Below, in pieces: positions 1 through 8,471 of a DNA stretch of 64,000 bases. Location: assembly GCA_017609175.1 (NCBI GenBank), contig JAFCEJ010000003.1, positions 149,455-213,454 of the forward strand. The letters are read 5' to 3'. The notes beneath the pieces were generated by a model, which saw only the letters and a program-made list of their open reading frames with translations, was not told the origin of the DNA and searched no databases. A program made the position numbers and the translations under genes. Each line of letters starts with the position of its first letter. Positions within the stretch are counted from its first letter, which is position 1. This DNA comes from Candidatus Pacearchaeota archaeon. GTDB lineage: Archaea > Nanobdellota > Nanobdellia > Pacearchaeales > GW2011-AR1.

Positions 1-141
1 TTACATGGATTAGACGAAGATTGTGATGGAAGATTTGATACTATCACATTAATAGGTTTACCAAAAGGGCATGCTCTTGAAAAGTATGCAAATTCAGACT
101 CATTAAAAGTTGCTTACGAGGAAGTTAAGAACCAAAAATGA
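1..141 (+). CDS. 3' end of a CDS entering from the left edge (hypothetical)
   Basis: Frame 1 is open from base 1 to TGA at 139-141 (LHGLDEDCDGRFDTITLIGLPKGHALEKYANSDSLKVAYEEVKNQK*). The stop overlaps the next ATG (ATGA). No recognisable motif. Confidence 0.4.
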   Translation, partial: LHGLDEDCDGRFDTITLIGLPKGHALEKYANSDSLKVAYEEVKNQK

Positions 142-1067
142 AAACAAAAATAATTTCAGTCATCTTGGGAATTTTGTTAATTTCAAATATTCTATTAGCT
201 TCTGCTGTGTCAATTAAAGATGTTGTGAGTTATCCTGAAGAAGTTGAACCTGGCGAAGTTTTTGATGTTTCTATTGAAATAAAAAATACTCATGATTTTG
301 ATATTAAAAACATAAATGTAAAATTAATTTTAACAAAAGAGTCAGAACCAACAAATCCTTTTGACCCGACTGCAGCACCTACCCAAGGTGAAGACTTACC
401 TTTTGCGCCATATCAGTCAAGTTCTGAGAAATTCTTAGAAGAATTAGAGAGTAATGAAGAAGAAAATTTTAAGTTCAAATTAATTGTCTTGCCAGAAACA
501 TCTTCTGGAGTCTATAAGGTTCCTGTTGAGATAACTTATGAGGATGGGAATGGCAGAAATTATTCAAAAAAAGGGTTAATAAGTATCATTGTTAATTCTA
601 TTCCAGAATTAAAAGTTTCTCTTGAAGATTCTATTGTCCTTATCAAAGGAAAAGAAAATACATTCTCAATAAAATTAATAAATTCTGGTTTAGCAAATGT
701 TAAATTTGTTTATGTGAAAGCAAACGAGGTTAGTGGATTAAGATTTGTTTCTGAAAAAGAACAATATTTAGGAGATATTGACAGTGATGATTTTGATAGT
801 ATTGAATACACTGTTTATATCGAAAAAGATGCTCTAAACAGCATAAGATTGCCTTTAGTATTAAAATTCAGAGATTCTACAAATAAACAATTTACTCAAA
901 CTAAAAGCATTATTTTAAAAGCTTATTCCCTAGAAGAAGCAAGAGAACTTGGACTTGTTGAAAAGCCAGATTATAAAATTCCTGGTGGAATTGGGTTGGT
1001 AATCTTTCTTTATATTATATATCTGATTAGAAAAAAGAGAAGATTGAAAAAGTTGAGAGGGAGGTAA
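138..1067 (+). CDS. Secreted, C-terminally anchored beta-rich protein (COG1361/CARDB-like), partner of the downstream ABC permease
   Basis: N-terminal signal/TM (IISVILGILLISNILLASA). Beta-strand-like alternation throughout. C-terminal TM followed by RKKRRLKKLRGR. Lies 6 nt upstream of the FtsX-family permease. Confidence 0.5.
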   Translation: MKTKIISVILGILLISNILLASAVSIKDVVSYPEEVEPGEVFDVSIEIKNTHDFDIKNINVKLILTKESEPTNPFDPTAAPTQGEDLPFAPYQSSSEKFLEELESNEEENFKFKLIVLPETSSGVYKVPVEITYEDGNGRNYSKKGLISIIVNSIPELKVSLEDSIVLIKGKENTFSIKLINSGLANVKFVYVKANEVSGLRFVSEKEQYLGDIDSDDFDSIEYTVYIEKDALNSIRLPLVLKFRDSTNKQFTQTKSIILKAYSLEEARELGLVEKPDYKIPGGIGLVIFLYIIYLIRKKRRLKKLRGR

Positions 1068-1073
1068 GGCTCC

Positions 1074-2291
1074 ATGAAAGACTATTTCTTCTTAGCAGTC
1101 AATAATCTTAAAAGAAGAAAGCTCAGAAGTTGGCTTACTATGATTGGTATTTTTATTGGTATTGCTGCGGTTGTTGCTTTAATGTCATTAGGACAAGGGC
1201 TTCAGAATGCAATTAAAGAACAATTTGAGATTTTGGGTGCAGATAAAATAACAATTATGGGAAAAGCAGGATTTATAACATCTCCTCTTGCTTCTGAACT
1301 CTCATCAAAACCTTTAACTGAAAAAGATGTTAAATTAATTGAAAAAATTGGAGGGGTAGAACTTGTTTCAGGATTTTTAATGAAATCTTTGGAAGTTGAA
1401 TATAAGGGGCAAAAAAAAGAATTTTTAATCTCTGGGATAGTACCAGAGAAATATTTGAAAATTTTTAAAGGCACTTACAGCATAGAGGAAGGAAGAGACT
1501 TCAAATCAAATGAAAAAGCAAAACTAGTTATAGGCTATAATACGGCAAATAAAGATTTTGAAAAAAACATTAAAGTAGGAAGCAAACTTACAATTGCAGG
1601 GAAAAAATTTGAGGTTATTGGAATTTTAGAGAAAATAGGGAACCCGTCAGATGATTCTTCTATTATAATGACCCTAGATTCTTTAAGAGAATTAACAGGA
1701 GAGAAGGAAATAATCAGCATGATTTTTGTTAAAGTTAAATTGGGTTCTGATGTTAATGAGGTGGCTGATAAGATTGAAAAAGAAATGAAAAAAATTAGGG
1801 GCGAAAAAATAAGCGAAGAGCCAAAAACTTTTGTGGTTCAAACCTCTGAACAGCTTTTAGAATCATTCTCAAATATTTTTATGATTGTACAGGCAGTTTT
1901 AATAGGTATTGCTGCTATTTCATTAATTGTTGGAGGAATTGGAATCATGAATACGATGTATACTGCGGTTTTAGAAAGGACAAAAGAAATAGGAACTATG
2001 AAGGCTGTTGGTGCTAAAAATTCAGATATCCTTTGGATATTTTTATTTGAAGCAGGTCTTTTAGGATTAATAGGTGGTGCTATTGGTATCCTAATTGGAT
2101 ATTCTCTTGGAAAAGGTGCAGAATATATCGCAACACAATCCCTAGGAACTAGTTTATTTCAGGCGGCATTTCCATGGTATTTAATTGTAGGGGCATTAAC
2201 ATTTTCTTTTTTTGTTGGAGCATTATCAGGAATTGCTCCGGCATACCAAGCATCAAGATTAAAACCTGCAGAAGCACTTAGATATGAATAA
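1074..2291 (+). CDS. ABC transporter permease, FtsX/MacB family
   Basis: N-terminal TM after LKRRKLRSWLTMIG, a large extracytoplasmic domain, then three C-terminal TMs. The end ...YQASRLKPAEALRYE is typical of MacB/LolC-type permeases. Confidence 0.85.
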   Translation: MKDYFFLAVNNLKRRKLRSWLTMIGIFIGIAAVVALMSLGQGLQNAIKEQFEILGADKITIMGKAGFITSPLASELSSKPLTEKDVKLIEKIGGVELVSGFLMKSLEVEYKGQKKEFLISGIVPEKYLKIFKGTYSIEEGRDFKSNEKAKLVIGYNTANKDFEKNIKVGSKLTIAGKKFEVIGILEKIGNPSDDSSIIMTLDSLRELTGEKEIISMIFVKVKLGSDVNEVADKIEKEMKKIRGEKISEEPKTFVVQTSEQLLESFSNIFMIVQAVLIGIAAISLIVGGIGIMNTMYTAVLERTKEIGTMKAVGAKNSDILWIFLFEAGLLGLIGGAIGILIGYSLGKGAEYIATQSLGTSLFQAAFPWYLIVGALTFSFFVGALSGIAPAYQASRLKPAEALRYE

Positions 2292-2401
2292 ATCAACTAA
2301 AAATTTAAAAACAATATTTTTCTTTTAGAATATTCAATTAAAAAGGGAGGTTATCAGCTTAGATAAATTCGACGGAGATCGGAATCTTAGTTGTTTTAGA
2401 A

Positions 2402-2608
2402 ATGAAAAAATGCATTTATTGTGGCACTGAAATTGATGATAGCTGTATCGTGGATTTTTGCGAGAAATGTGGCGTGCAAACTTTTGGTAGAAAAATGTTT
2501 GATGCAATTATAGAGAATATGACAAAGGCTAAGGAAAACGGAAATTTGTGTCATAATATCCCTGAGAATAATTTCCAAGAGTCTAAAAAAACAGAAAATT
2601 TTTATTAA
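2402..2608 (+). CDS. Small zinc-ribbon protein (hypothetical)
   Basis: CxxC...CxxC pattern (CIYCGTEIDDSCIVDFCEKCG) at the N-terminus; 68 aa. Confidence 0.45.
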   Translation: MKKCIYCGTEIDDSCIVDFCEKCGVQTFGRKMFDAIIENMTKAKENGNLCHNIPENNFQESKKTENFY

Positions 2609-2645
2609 AAGATAGTTTTTTAAAGAGTCTATTTCTGAAACAAGT

Positions 2646-2897
2646 ATGGTAAGACGAAAGAAAATCAGAACTCGTGGAAAGATTCAGCTTAGTAGGTATT
2701 TTCAAGATTTTGAAAAAGGAGAAAAAGTTGCAGTAATTAGAGAGCGTGCAATACCTTCAAGCTTTCCTGTAAGATTGCAGGGAAGAACAGGAACAATTGA
2801 AGAAAAACGGGGAAAAGCATATATAGTCAAAATTAAAGACCAAAATAAAGAAAAAAAATTTATAATTGAGCCAATACATTTAAAAAAAATAAAATAG
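2646..2897 (+). CDS. rpl21e: 50S ribosomal protein L21e
   Basis: MVRRKKIRTRGK..., GEKVAVIRE...RLQGRTGTIEEKRGKAYIV matches the eL21 SH3-like signature. Lies in L21e-RpoF-DUF655 synteny. Confidence 0.9.
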   Translation: MVRRKKIRTRGKIQLSRYFQDFEKGEKVAVIRERAIPSSFPVRLQGRTGTIEEKRGKAYIVKIKDQNKEKKFIIEPIHLKKIK

Positions 2898-2912
2898 TTC
2901 TAATCTAATAAA

Positions 2913-3218
2913 ATGATACACAAAAATCAACCTTTAAGCATGGCAGAATCTCTTGAATTTATCAAGAGTTCAGAAGAAGAAAATGCAGAAATAGTAGGAT
3001 TTATCAAAAAATTTTCGGTTTTAAGCCCAGAACAAGGAAAAGAAATGAGAAAGAAAATTGAAGAATTAAAACTTTTAAAAGTAAAACCAGAAAACATAGC
3101 AAAAATCATCGATTTATTGCCAGATAACTCTGCAGATTTAAATAAAATATTTGAAGATGTTAGTTTAGACGAAGATGAAGCAAACAAAATACTTGATATT
3201 GTTAAACAATACAAATAA
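2913..3218 (+). CDS. rpoF: DNA-directed RNA polymerase subunit Rpo4/F (probable)
   Basis: About 100 aa, acidic and helical. Sits between rpl21e and the DUF655 gene, the conserved archaeal position of rpoF. Sequence-level recognition is weak. Confidence 0.55.
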   Translation: MIHKNQPLSMAESLEFIKSSEEENAEIVGFIKKFSVLSPEQGKEMRKKIEELKLLKVKPENIAKIIDLLPDNSADLNKIFEDVSLDEDEANKILDIVKQYK

Positions 3219-3223
3219 GGAAA

Positions 3224-3760
3224 ATGGAAAAAGAAGAATATGCAATCATATTAGAATACCTACCGCACGGTTATCCGCTAGAAGGAAAAATGATGCCAAT
3301 AGCCCAAGCTATCGGAGAAAAGAATTTTTCATTACTTGAATTAGCTCCCAGGAGAGGGGTTTCTCTAGAAATTGGAGAGAGGGTTTATATTGGCGACGGA
3401 AAACGTGATAAAATTTATTATATTCTCGGAAGATTGAAGCGAGAAAAACTTACAGAATCTGCTAAAGAGCAATTGCAAGAATTTATAAAGAAAGTTGTCA
3501 AAGAACAAGAATCAAGATTTGTTGAATTTTTCAATAAATCAGAAGCAATTAACAAGAGAGTTCATCAAATTGAATTGCTTCCAGGTTTTGGGAAAAAGCA
3601 TATGAAAGAAATTATAGAGAAAAGGAAAGAAAAGGAATTTGAATCTTTTGAAGACATCAAGAAAAGAATCACAAACTTACCTGACCCGGAAAAAGCAATT
3701 GAGAAAAGAATTTTTAAAGAACTCACAACAATGGAAAGATACAATTTATTTATAAGTTAA
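3224..3760 (+). CDS. DUF655-family protein (OB + HhH, putative RNA/nucleotide-binding)
   Basis: EEYAIILEYLPHGYP... start and an ELLPGFGKKHMKEII HhH-like segment. Conserved neighbour of rpl21e/rpoF in archaea. Confidence 0.75.
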   Translation: MEKEEYAIILEYLPHGYPLEGKMMPIAQAIGEKNFSLLELAPRRGVSLEIGERVYIGDGKRDKIYYILGRLKREKLTESAKEQLQEFIKKVVKEQESRFVEFFNKSEAINKRVHQIELLPGFGKKHMKEIIEKRKEKEFESFEDIKKRITNLPDPEKAIEKRIFKELTTMERYNLFIS

Positions 3761-3761
3761 A

Positions 3762-4241
3762 ATGTCTGAAGGAAAAATAGAACAAAAGCAAAAAACGAAT
3801 GATTTTGCAGAAGAAAGAATAGTAAGAATTTTATCAAAAGACATAGAGGGCAATATAAGAATTTATCCGGGATTGACGAAGATAAAAGGAGTTTCCTGGG
3901 CCCTATCTAATGCTGTATGTAAAAAATTAAAAATAGATAAAAATAGAAAAATTGGTTCTTTGAGTGATGAAGAAGTAAAAAAAATTTCTGAATTCATAAA
4001 AAACCCGAATGTCCCAAATTTCATATTAAATCGAAATTCTGATTTTGAATCCGGAGAAAATAAACACTTAATTGGAAGTGATTTAGATTTGCAAAAAGAA
4101 TTTGATATAAAGAGATTAAAGAAAATAAGAACTTACAGAGGTTTAAGACATAGCATAAATCTTCCTTTAAGAGGCCAGAGAACAAAAAGCAATTTCAGGA
4201 GAAATCGGAAGAAAGGGGGAGGAATTAAAAAGAAAAAATAG
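3762..4241 (+). CDS. rps13: 30S ribosomal protein S13 (uS13)
   Basis: IVRILSKDIEGN...LTKIKGV...YRGLRHSINLPLRGQRTKSN is the uS13 signature. Confidence 0.9.
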   Translation: MSEGKIEQKQKTNDFAEERIVRILSKDIEGNIRIYPGLTKIKGVSWALSNAVCKKLKIDKNRKIGSLSDEEVKKISEFIKNPNVPNFILNRNSDFESGENKHLIGSDLDLQKEFDIKRLKKIRTYRGLRHSINLPLRGQRTKSNFRRNRKKGGGIKKKK

Positions 4242-4267
4242 AATGGGATTAAAAATTCGATTTAAAT

Positions 4268-4885
4268 TTGGAGGAATTAAACATGCTTAGAAAGAAAAAA
4301 ACATATTCAAAACCAAAGAGACCTTTTGACAAAATAAGAATAGAAGAAGAAGCAAAAATAAAAAAGGAATTTGGATTAAAAAATAAAAGAGAAATTTGGA
4401 AAGCAGAAGCAAAAATAAAATCTATCAGGGAAAAAGCAAAAAAATTAATTTCTGCCGGACCAGAAGAACAACAAGCATTATTTGAAAGATTAGGAAAAAT
4501 AGGAATTAAAGTAAATTCTATTGGAGATGTTTTGGCACTGGATAAAAGAGACTACCTTGAACAGCGTCTTCAAACAATTGTTGTAAAAAAAAGATTGGCG
4601 AGAACAATGAAACAAGCAAGACAGCTTATTACTCATAAAAAAGTTTTAGTTAATGGCAGAGTTGTAAGTGCCCCATCCCATATTGTTCCAGTAAATTTAA
4701 GAGATAAAATTTCTTTGAAACCTGCAAAGAGAAAGAAAGAGGTTGAAGAAAAACCAGAAGAACCTTCTGAAAAAAAGCAGGAAGAAAAGATCGAAACAGC
4801 TCCGGCCGAGGACCAGGTTGAAAAAGAACAAACAGAAAAGAAAACTCAAGAAGAAATAAAGGAGGATGTTAAAGAAAATGCCTAA
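4268..4885 (+). CDS. rps4: 30S ribosomal protein S4 (uS4) with K/E-rich C-terminal tail
   Basis: YSKPKRPFDK...S4 domain (RLQTIVVKKRLARTMKQARQLITHKKVLVNGRVV). About 50 aa low-complexity K/E/P tail. Confidence 0.9.
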   Translation: MEELNMLRKKKTYSKPKRPFDKIRIEEEAKIKKEFGLKNKREIWKAEAKIKSIREKAKKLISAGPEEQQALFERLGKIGIKVNSIGDVLALDKRDYLEQRLQTIVVKKRLARTMKQARQLITHKKVLVNGRVVSAPSHIVPVNLRDKISLKPAKRKKEVEEKPEEPSEKKQEEKIETAPAEDQVEKEQTEKKTQEEIKEDVKENA

Positions 4886-5360
4886 AGAAAAAAAACAAGA
4901 AGAGAAAAGTAAAGAGACGCAAAAAACAGATGAAGAAACAAAGAAAATTGAAGAAGTGAAAAAAGAAAAAGCAAAGAAAAGCAAAAAAGATATAGAGGCA
5001 ACTATGAATATTTACACTTCGTTTAACAATACGATTGTCCATGTTACAGATATGTCTGGTGAAACTATTGCGAGGGTTAGTGGAGGAATGGTTACAAAAC
5101 ATGATAGATTAAAAGCAAATCCAACTGTTGCGATGTTTATAGCAAAAAGAATAGGAGAACAGCTTAAAGAAATTGGGGTTAATAAGTTATATGTAAGAAT
5201 TAGAGCAAAAACAGGAAATCCTGCCCCAGGACCGGGAGCAAATGCAATAATCAAAAGTTTAACGAGAGAAGGATTTAAAATTTTGAATATAAGTGATACT
5301 ACTAGAATTCCGAGAGGGGGACCAAAGAAGAAGGGAGGTAGACGTGGAAGAAGGGTTTAA
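4866..5360 (+). CDS. rps11: 30S ribosomal protein S11 (uS11) with K/E-rich N-terminal extension
   Basis: Core IYTSFNNTIVHVTDMSGETIARVSGGM...RIPRGGPKKKGGRRGRRV. The start is uncertain: 4866, ATG 4878, or the internal Met just before the core. Overlaps the rps4 end. Confidence 0.9.
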   Translation: MLKKMPKEKKQEEKSKETQKTDEETKKIEEVKKEKAKKSKKDIEATMNIYTSFNNTIVHVTDMSGETIARVSGGMVTKHDRLKANPTVAMFIAKRIGEQLKEIGVNKLYVRIRAKTGNPAPGPGANAIIKSLTREGFKILNISDTTRIPRGGPKKKGGRRGRRV

Positions 5361-5386
5361 AAATCCTTTTTTGATTTAATAATAAA

Positions 5387-6109
5387 ATGAAGCTAATAGA
5401 AAAATCCGAAAATCAGGTAGTATTTAGTGTAGAAGCGAATGAAAGCTTAGTGAATGCTATCAGGAGATATGTAAATGAAATTCCAATATTGGGGATTGAT
5501 GAGGTTGAAATTTTCAAAAATGATTCTGCCCTTTATGACGAGACTATTGCACATAGAATCGGTTTGATCCCATTAAAAATGGAAAAGGGATTAAATGAAA
5601 AAAGCGAAATTGATTTGAAATTACTTGTAAACCAAGAGGGAGAAGTTCTTTCAAAGGAATTGAAAGGAAAAGCAAAGGTGGTTTATGATAATATTCCAAT
5701 AACTGTTTTAAACAAAGGGCAGGAATTAGAAATTTTGGCAAAAGCAAGATTAGGAAAAGGAAGTGAACATTCTAAGTACTCACCCGGTTCTATATTTTAC
5801 AGAAATGTTTGTGAAATAACAATGGATAAAGAATTTCTTGAAGAAATAAAAAGAATCTGCCCAAATGCTGAAATAAAAGAAAAAGGAAACAAAATTATCA
5901 TTTTAGATAACAAGAAAAAAGAAATTTGTGATGTTTGTGAAGGAATCTGTGAAGTGCATGGAAAAAAAGCAGAAACTAATTTTAATGATGAACTAATAAT
6001 CACGATAGAATCATTCGGGCAGATAGACCCAAAAGAAATTTTTGAAATGGCAATAAAGGAATTAAAGAAGGATTTAGATGAAACTGTAAAAAAAATAGAA
6101 AAGGTATAA
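5387..6109 (+). CDS. rpoD: DNA-directed RNA polymerase subunit Rpo3/D
   Basis: NAIRRYVNEIPILGIDEVEIFKNDSALYDETIAHRIGLIPL (RpoD/Rpb3 dimerisation motif) and an internal Cys cluster CDVCEGIC. Follows S11 as in the conserved cluster. Confidence 0.85.
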   Translation: MKLIEKSENQVVFSVEANESLVNAIRRYVNEIPILGIDEVEIFKNDSALYDETIAHRIGLIPLKMEKGLNEKSEIDLKLLVNQEGEVLSKELKGKAKVVYDNIPITVLNKGQELEILAKARLGKGSEHSKYSPGSIFYRNVCEITMDKEFLEEIKRICPNAEIKEKGNKIIILDNKKKEICDVCEGICEVHGKKAETNFNDELIITIESFGQIDPKEIFEMAIKELKKDLDETVKKIEKV

Positions 6110-6157
6110 TTTCTCTTTCAAAAAGTTTTAAAACTCCTGCATGGGTTATAGTTTTAT

Positions 6158-6241
6158 GCGGGAGTGCCGGAGTGGTCAAACGGGACAGACTCAAGCTCTG
6201 TTGGCTTAGTGCCTGCGAAGGTTCGAATCCTTTCTCCCGCA
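6158..6241 (+). tRNA. tRNA-Leu (anticodon CAA), class II with long variable arm
   Basis: Acceptor GCGGGAG/CTCCCGC. Anticodon stem ACAGA/TCTGT with loop CTCAAGC. Variable arm GGC-TTAGT-GCC. T arm GAAGG-TTCGAAT-CCTTT. Discriminator A. No encoded CCA. Confidence 0.85.
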
Positions 6242-6260
6242 TTAGGGAGACAAAAGAAAA

Positions 6261-6653
6261 ATGAAAATCATCGATGGAAAAAATGCAACATTGGGAAGAT
6301 TAGCGAGTTATGTAGCAAAGCAAGCATTAAAAGGTGAAGAAATTGCGATATTAAATTGTGATGAAATAATAATTACTGGGGATAAAAAAAATATTAAAGA
6401 AGAATTTTTAGAAAGAAGAAAAAGGGTTGGGAGCAGTCAAAAGGGACCAAAAATTTCGAGATCAAATGAAAAAATAGTTAAGAGAGTTATTAGAGGTATG
6501 CTTCCAGACCATAGAAAGGGGAGAGGAAGAGAAGCGTATAAAAGAATAAAATGTTATGTAGGAATCCCTAAAGAATTTGAAGACAAGAAAAAAATAACTG
6601 CAGGAAAAGAAAAAGGAATTAAATTTGTCAGAATAAAAGAGATTTTAAGATAG
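6261..6653 (+). CDS. rpl13: 50S ribosomal protein L13 (uL13)
   Basis: IIDGKNATLGRLASYVAKQALKGEEIAILNCDEIIITG...RVIRGMLP matches uL13. Confidence 0.9.
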   Translation: MKIIDGKNATLGRLASYVAKQALKGEEIAILNCDEIIITGDKKNIKEEFLERRKRVGSSQKGPKISRSNEKIVKRVIRGMLPDHRKGRGREAYKRIKCYVGIPKEFEDKKKITAGKEKGIKFVRIKEILR

Positions 6654-6654
6654 A

Positions 6655-7062
6655 ATGGAAAATAAAACAATAATTGCATCTGGAAAAAGAAAAACATCCA
6701 TCGCAAGAGCAGTTTTAAGTCGTGGTTCGGGCAATATTACAATAAATAAAAAAGATTACAAAAATCTTCATATATTTGATAAATTAAAAATAGATGAACC
6801 ATTAAAAATTACCGAAAATATCGTCGGCAAAATTGATTTTGATGCAGAAATAAATGTAAGAGGTGGTGGAGAAAAAAGCCAGATTGATGCGGCAAGACTT
6901 GCTTTAGCAAAAGCAATTGTTAAATTTACGGGATCAGCAGAATTAAAAAAGGCTTTTGATGAATACGACAAATTTCTCCTTGTCGCGGATGTAAGAAGAA
7001 AAGAAACTTATAAACCAGGTGATAGTAAAGCAAGAAAAAAGAGGCAAAGTTCTAAGAGATAA
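6655..7062 (+). CDS. rps9: 30S ribosomal protein S9 (uS9)
   Basis: GKRKTSIARAVL..., VRGGGEKSQIDAARLALAKAI, and the C-terminal DVRRKETYKPGDSKARKKRQSSKR. Confidence 0.9.
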   Translation: MENKTIIASGKRKTSIARAVLSRGSGNITINKKDYKNLHIFDKLKIDEPLKITENIVGKIDFDAEINVRGGGEKSQIDAARLALAKAIVKFTGSAELKKAFDEYDKFLLVADVRRKETYKPGDSKARKKRQSSKR

Positions 7063-7109
7063 TTTTATATATCTTATTCTGTTTATTTACATATTAAAGG
7101 AGGTGTAAT

Positions 7110-7622
7110 ATGGCGTCTGCGAAACAAAAAAAGGCTGCAAAAAGAAACATAAAAAAAGCTTTAGCAAAGTGGAAAAGTATGACGTCTCGTGCTAGAGCCT
7201 TAGCGCAACCACAAGGACGAGCCCGTAAAAAACCAGGAACAACAGGAAAAGGAAAATATTACAGAATCGTTGTAAGACCAAAAAGTGAATTTACAAGTTT
7301 TAGGATGCATGATGTAGGAAGAAAGGGACATATAATAAGACTTGCTGGACGAAGAAAAAGTGGAAGTTGGAGTACTCAAGCATGGCTTATTGCAAAAAGT
7401 GATGCAGAGGTAAAAGACAACACGCTTGTAGGAAAGACTGCTTCGGCAAAAAGCGTTATATCAAAGTTAAGAACAAAACCAAAAAAGATTAGGGGGGATG
7501 TGTTTGAAGCAAAATCAAGAAAAAACGTACCAGAAAAAGCAAAACCAACAGCAGCAATGAAAAAAGCACAGAAAAAAAACATTAAAAAAGCTCAAGCAGC
7601 TCGGTGGAAAAAGAAAAAATAA
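7110..7622 (+). CDS. Highly basic K/R-rich protein with matching N- and C-terminal KKAxKxNIKKA motifs (possible nucleic-acid binder)
   Basis: Strong SD (AAGGAGGTG) 5 nt upstream. N-terminus QKKAAKRNIKKALAKWK versus C-terminus KKAQKKNIKKAQAARWKKKK. Visibly more G+C than its neighbours. No family recognised. Confidence 0.5.
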   Translation: MASAKQKKAAKRNIKKALAKWKSMTSRARALAQPQGRARKKPGTTGKGKYYRIVVRPKSEFTSFRMHDVGRKGHIIRLAGRRKSGSWSTQAWLIAKSDAEVKDNTLVGKTASAKSVISKLRTKPKKIRGDVFEAKSRKNVPEKAKPTAAMKKAQKKNIKKAQAARWKKKK

Positions 7623-7640
7623 TTTAATTTTATTTTTAGA

Positions 7641-7838
7641 ATGGTTTTACAGTATAGGGCAAAAGCCGGAGGAAGATGGAAAAAGTATCCTGGAAAAAAT
7701 AAAATAAAAGGTTCTGTTAAAGATTATGAATTTAGATTATTAAATGAAGCAAAAACAAAAGTTCTTGTGGGCCCGGGCAACTATAATAGGGTAATGAAAA
7801 GATTTAGGCAAATTGAATTCTTCAAACATAGAGGGTAA
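7641..7838 (+). CDS. Hypothetical small basic protein
   Basis: 65-aa ORF with no recognisable motif. Ends 1 nt before the convergent HNH gene stop. Confidence 0.35.
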   Translation: MVLQYRAKAGGRWKKYPGKNKIKGSVKDYEFRLLNEAKTKVLVGPGNYNRVMKRFRQIEFFKHRG

Positions 7839-8471
7839 TCATTTCCTCAAAACTCTTTTTAGTTTTTCTTGAACTTGATTGAACAGCGTCGAGGAAATTA
7901 AAGGATGGTGCTTTCCTTGGATAATCTGCCCATCAAATTTTATTTTCCCAAGATATGTATAATTTGTCAAAACTTTTTTTAATCCATTAACAGATAAACC
8001 ATATTTTTTTGCTAGTTGTGTGAGGCTAATATCATTATCTAAAAAATCCTGGTAAATTTCCTGAACAACATAAGAATGTTCTGCTGGAATTAATTTCTTA
8101 TCTTTTATTTTATAGCCCAAAGGTGCTCGAGTTATAACATTTCCTTCTTGAAATTTCTTCGCCATTCCGGTTTTAGTTCTTTTTGAAATTAATTTTTGAG
8201 ATTTCCTAAAAGTATCTAAAAGAGTTCCGTCTATTTTTTCATCCAAATAAATTTTAAAATCTTTTTCGGACTCTGGTGCATAATAATAACAAATAGAACA
8301 TAATGTTACGAGATTTTCTACTTCATCTTTTCCTCCAGAAATTTTTGGTTTGATGTGGTGAACTTCTAAATCGGTCGTTGCTCCAAAGAAACCACATTTT
8401 TGGCATGTGAAATTATCTCTTTTCAAAACCTGCATTTTAATCTTATATGGAATAAAGTGTTTATTTGCCAT
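7839..8471 (-). CDS. HNH endonuclease domain fused to a serine-recombinase-type 'recombinase' DNA-binding domain (no resolvase catalytic domain)
   Basis: N-terminus: VLKRDNFTCQKCG...LEVHHIKPKISGGKDEVENLVTLCSIC (HNH). C-terminus: RAPLGYKIKDKKLI...LTNYTYLGKIKFDGQIIQGKHHPLISSTLF, which is collinear with the upstream recombinase segment RAPFGYVYQNKKLV...IKNPVYLGKIKYRGQLYKGNHPAIINQDLF. Confidence 0.7.
   Translation of the reverse strand: MANKHFIPYKIKMQVLKRDNFTCQKCGFFGATTDLEVHHIKPKISGGKDEVENLVTLCSICYYYAPESEKDFKIYLDEKIDGTLLDTFRKSQKLISKRTKTGMAKKFQEGNVITRAPLGYKIKDKKLIPAEHSYVVQEIYQDFLDNDISLTQLAKKYGLSVNGLKKVLTNYTYLGKIKFDGQIIQGKHHPLISSTLFNQVQEKLKRVLRK

Noticed and set aside
4697-5254. Minus-strand ORFs 4697-4984, 4869-5102 and 5012-5254
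   Set aside because: They are shadow ORFs opposite the purine-rich S4 tail / S11 head and the S11 core. The ribosomal protein frames are unambiguous.
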